IMG/VR virus record: IMGVR_UViG_3300044693_000272
Reading direction: 5' to 3' (one strand)
Length of the DNA: 64,000 nucleotides
Origin: a virus
Taxonomy: Duplodnaviria > Heunggongvirae > Uroviricota > Caudoviricetes
Part shown: positions 62,916 to 64,000 of the stretch, piece after piece
How positions within the stretch are numbered: position 1 is the first letter of the stretch
Layout: the number at the start of each line of letters is the position of its first letter
Notes under the pieces: generated by a model
Database searches by the model: none
Seen by the model: the letters and a program-made list of their open reading frames with translations, nothing else
What the model was told of the DNA's origin: nothing
Made by a program: the position numbers and the translations under genes

Positions 62916-63167
62916 TTATTCTTTAGTTGAAAGACTTGTGAAGATATTGCTAATTGTTTCTAGTATGTCTGGTGTGAAGGACGAATCTATTATTGTTAGT
63001 GGTTTAAACTGTGTATTGTAAGTTAATGTTTTAAGGGTATGAGTTTTTATATCGATGGTTAAAAAGTTGCGTGAATCCCACAATGCTACGGACGCCCATA
63101 TGCCTTGTGTGTTTGAGCCTTCTCCGTAGTACCACGCATTCTTTTTAAGGTCATCGAGTTTAATCAT
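62916..63167 (-). CDS. hypothetical protein (83 aa) in AT-rich segment
   Basis: ORF track; ATGA-coupled. Confidence 0.4.
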   Translation of the reverse strand: MIKLDDLKKNAWYYGEGSNTQGIWASVALWDSRNFLTIDIKTHTLKTLTYNTQFKPLTIIDSSFTPDILETISNIFTSLSTKE

Positions 63168-63625
63168 GCTGTATTCGTGATTCGTTGTTTGTTCATTTCA
63201 GTATCTAACCAGTGTTTGAATTTCACTATATCGAATTCTTTTGGATCGCCGAATTCGAGTTTCACTACTGCGAGCGCTTGTAGATCCAGGTAACCGCCAT
63301 TTCGTTTCAGGAAGTGTTGAAGTAGGAAAGTAAGGCGATTGTGATCTTGGAGGCATTCTTTTGCGAATAGTTCTTGAGCAGCGTGTTGAGCTTCTGCTGT
63401 TCTAATTCGTTCCAGAGTGATCCGTTGATCGAGATCTTCTGCGTCCCATCCTTCATACCACATTTCCTTTGCGAAATCAGCATAGGATTTCTTGCTGTAC
63501 TTAGTGTAAAACAGGCGCTGGATGAATGTGAGCTTTATTCCTGTTTTGTAAGGGTTGGTGTTACGGTTTTGATCTTTCTTGCGAGCCTCAATGCCTTCGG
63601 TGAAGAATTTGTTCACTACTATCAT
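63164..63625 (-). CDS. hypothetical protein (153 aa)
   Basis: ORF track. Confidence 0.45.
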   Translation of the reverse strand: MIVVNKFFTEGIEARKKDQNRNTNPYKTGIKLTFIQRLFYTKYSKKSYADFAKEMWYEGWDAEDLDQRITLERIRTAEAQHAAQELFAKECLQDHNRLTFLLQHFLKRNGGYLDLQALAVVKLEFGDPKEFDIVKFKHWLDTEMNKQRITNTA

Positions 63626-63629
63626 TTTG

Positions 63630-63956
63630 TTATCCTTGTGTGTAGCCTCTGGAGATTAACCATTCTTCAACTTGATGACGATGGAAGATCGGTCCTGATC
63701 TAAGGTCAGCCACGGGTTTCGGGAACTTCAAGTCTCTCGCTCTCCAGTTGCTTACCGCTTGTCGTGAGGTATTACAAAAATCAGCTATCTCTGCAATTCC
63801 CACGAGATTCAACTGACCGATTTCGTCGTCTAAGCGTTCTTCAAGTTTTCGATATTCCGTATACTCGACATAGTCACCTAGTCGGCTTTCATCCATTTCA
63901 AATGGGCGGTACATTGATGGAGCGTAGCGTTTAACCATACTTCCCCTTAGCGTCAT
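63630..63956 (-). CDS. HTH DNA-binding protein (108 aa)
   Basis: GIAEIADFCNTSRQAVSNWRAR is a helix-turn-helix (AlpA/excisionase/MerR-like). Confidence 0.5.
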   Translation of the reverse strand: MTLRGSMVKRYAPSMYRPFEMDESRLGDYVEYTEYRKLEERLDDEIGQLNLVGIAEIADFCNTSRQAVSNWRARDLKFPKPVADLRSGPIFHRHQVEEWLISRGYTQG

Positions 63957-64000
63957 TATATGACGGCGTGGTGCTTACCATAAGCGACCAGACATTCCGT

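Overview
This 64-kb window reads as a contiguous stretch of a large tailed-phage (possibly jumbo-phage) genome, AT-moderate at roughly 45% GC. It is packed with about 135 mostly small genes, almost all on the minus strand and frequently coupled by ATGA/TAATG overlaps.

More than 40 gene starts are preceded by the same approximately 50-nt promoter element: a sigma70-like -35 (TTGACA/TTGCAA), a 17-nt spacer, a -10 (TATCAT/TAATAT), then 5'-TTGAACATGGTAAACA, a Shine-Dalgarno (AGGAG) and the ATG. An inverted repeat (CATGTTCA ... TGAACATG) brackets the -10. Because the element contains an in-frame ATG (it translates as M-N-[VLI]-S-F-E-H-G-K), the six-frame track shows false N-terminal extensions, which I trimmed.

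RNA genes are two minus-strand tRNAs, Pro(UGG) and Val(UAC), plus a tRNA-like 5' fragment between them.

Recognisable proteins:
- an arginase/agmatinase-family enzyme
- an S-adenosylmethionine decarboxylase-like protein
- a secreted solute-binding protein
- a SpoT/Mesh1-like (p)ppGpp hydrolase
- Tpt1/KptA RNA 2'-phosphotransferase
- a PARP-like ADP-ribosyltransferase catalytic domain
- four WGR-domain proteins with lysine/alanine/proline tails (KAP-rich tail on the 43324 member; short A/K-rich tails on the 48528 and 55182 members)
- a separate AKP-repeat protein resembling histone H1
- a CoaD-like nucleotidyltransferase adjacent to a CoaE-like kinase fused to an HD domain, adjacent to a minimal KxDG nucleotidyltransferase (RNA/DNA ligase-like)
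- a PP-loop ATPase on the plus strand, flanked by two cupin-like paralogs
- a radical SAM enzyme
- an SPFH/band-7 lipoprotein
- an OafA-like acyltransferase (family 3)
- a GNAT acetyltransferase
- an HExxH metallopeptidase
- an S24 (LexA/UmuD-type) peptidase domain
- two HNH nucleases and one GIY-YIG nuclease

Lineage-specific expansions are the most striking feature: a 5-gene tandem paralog array, and a family of at least 16 small proteins (87-116 aa) ending in a conserved C-terminal motif [DE]-A-x-x-F-[KY]-L-T-[WFY]-[GC], each with its own promoter copy.

An approximately 1.15-kb GC-rich segment (about 65% GC) lies inside one gene and implies chimeric acquisition. A recurring ATGATGGCC...GGCCATCAT palindromic hairpin family, and ordinary U-tailed hairpins, follow many genes.

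No CRISPR array, rRNA, integrase or transposase was seen.
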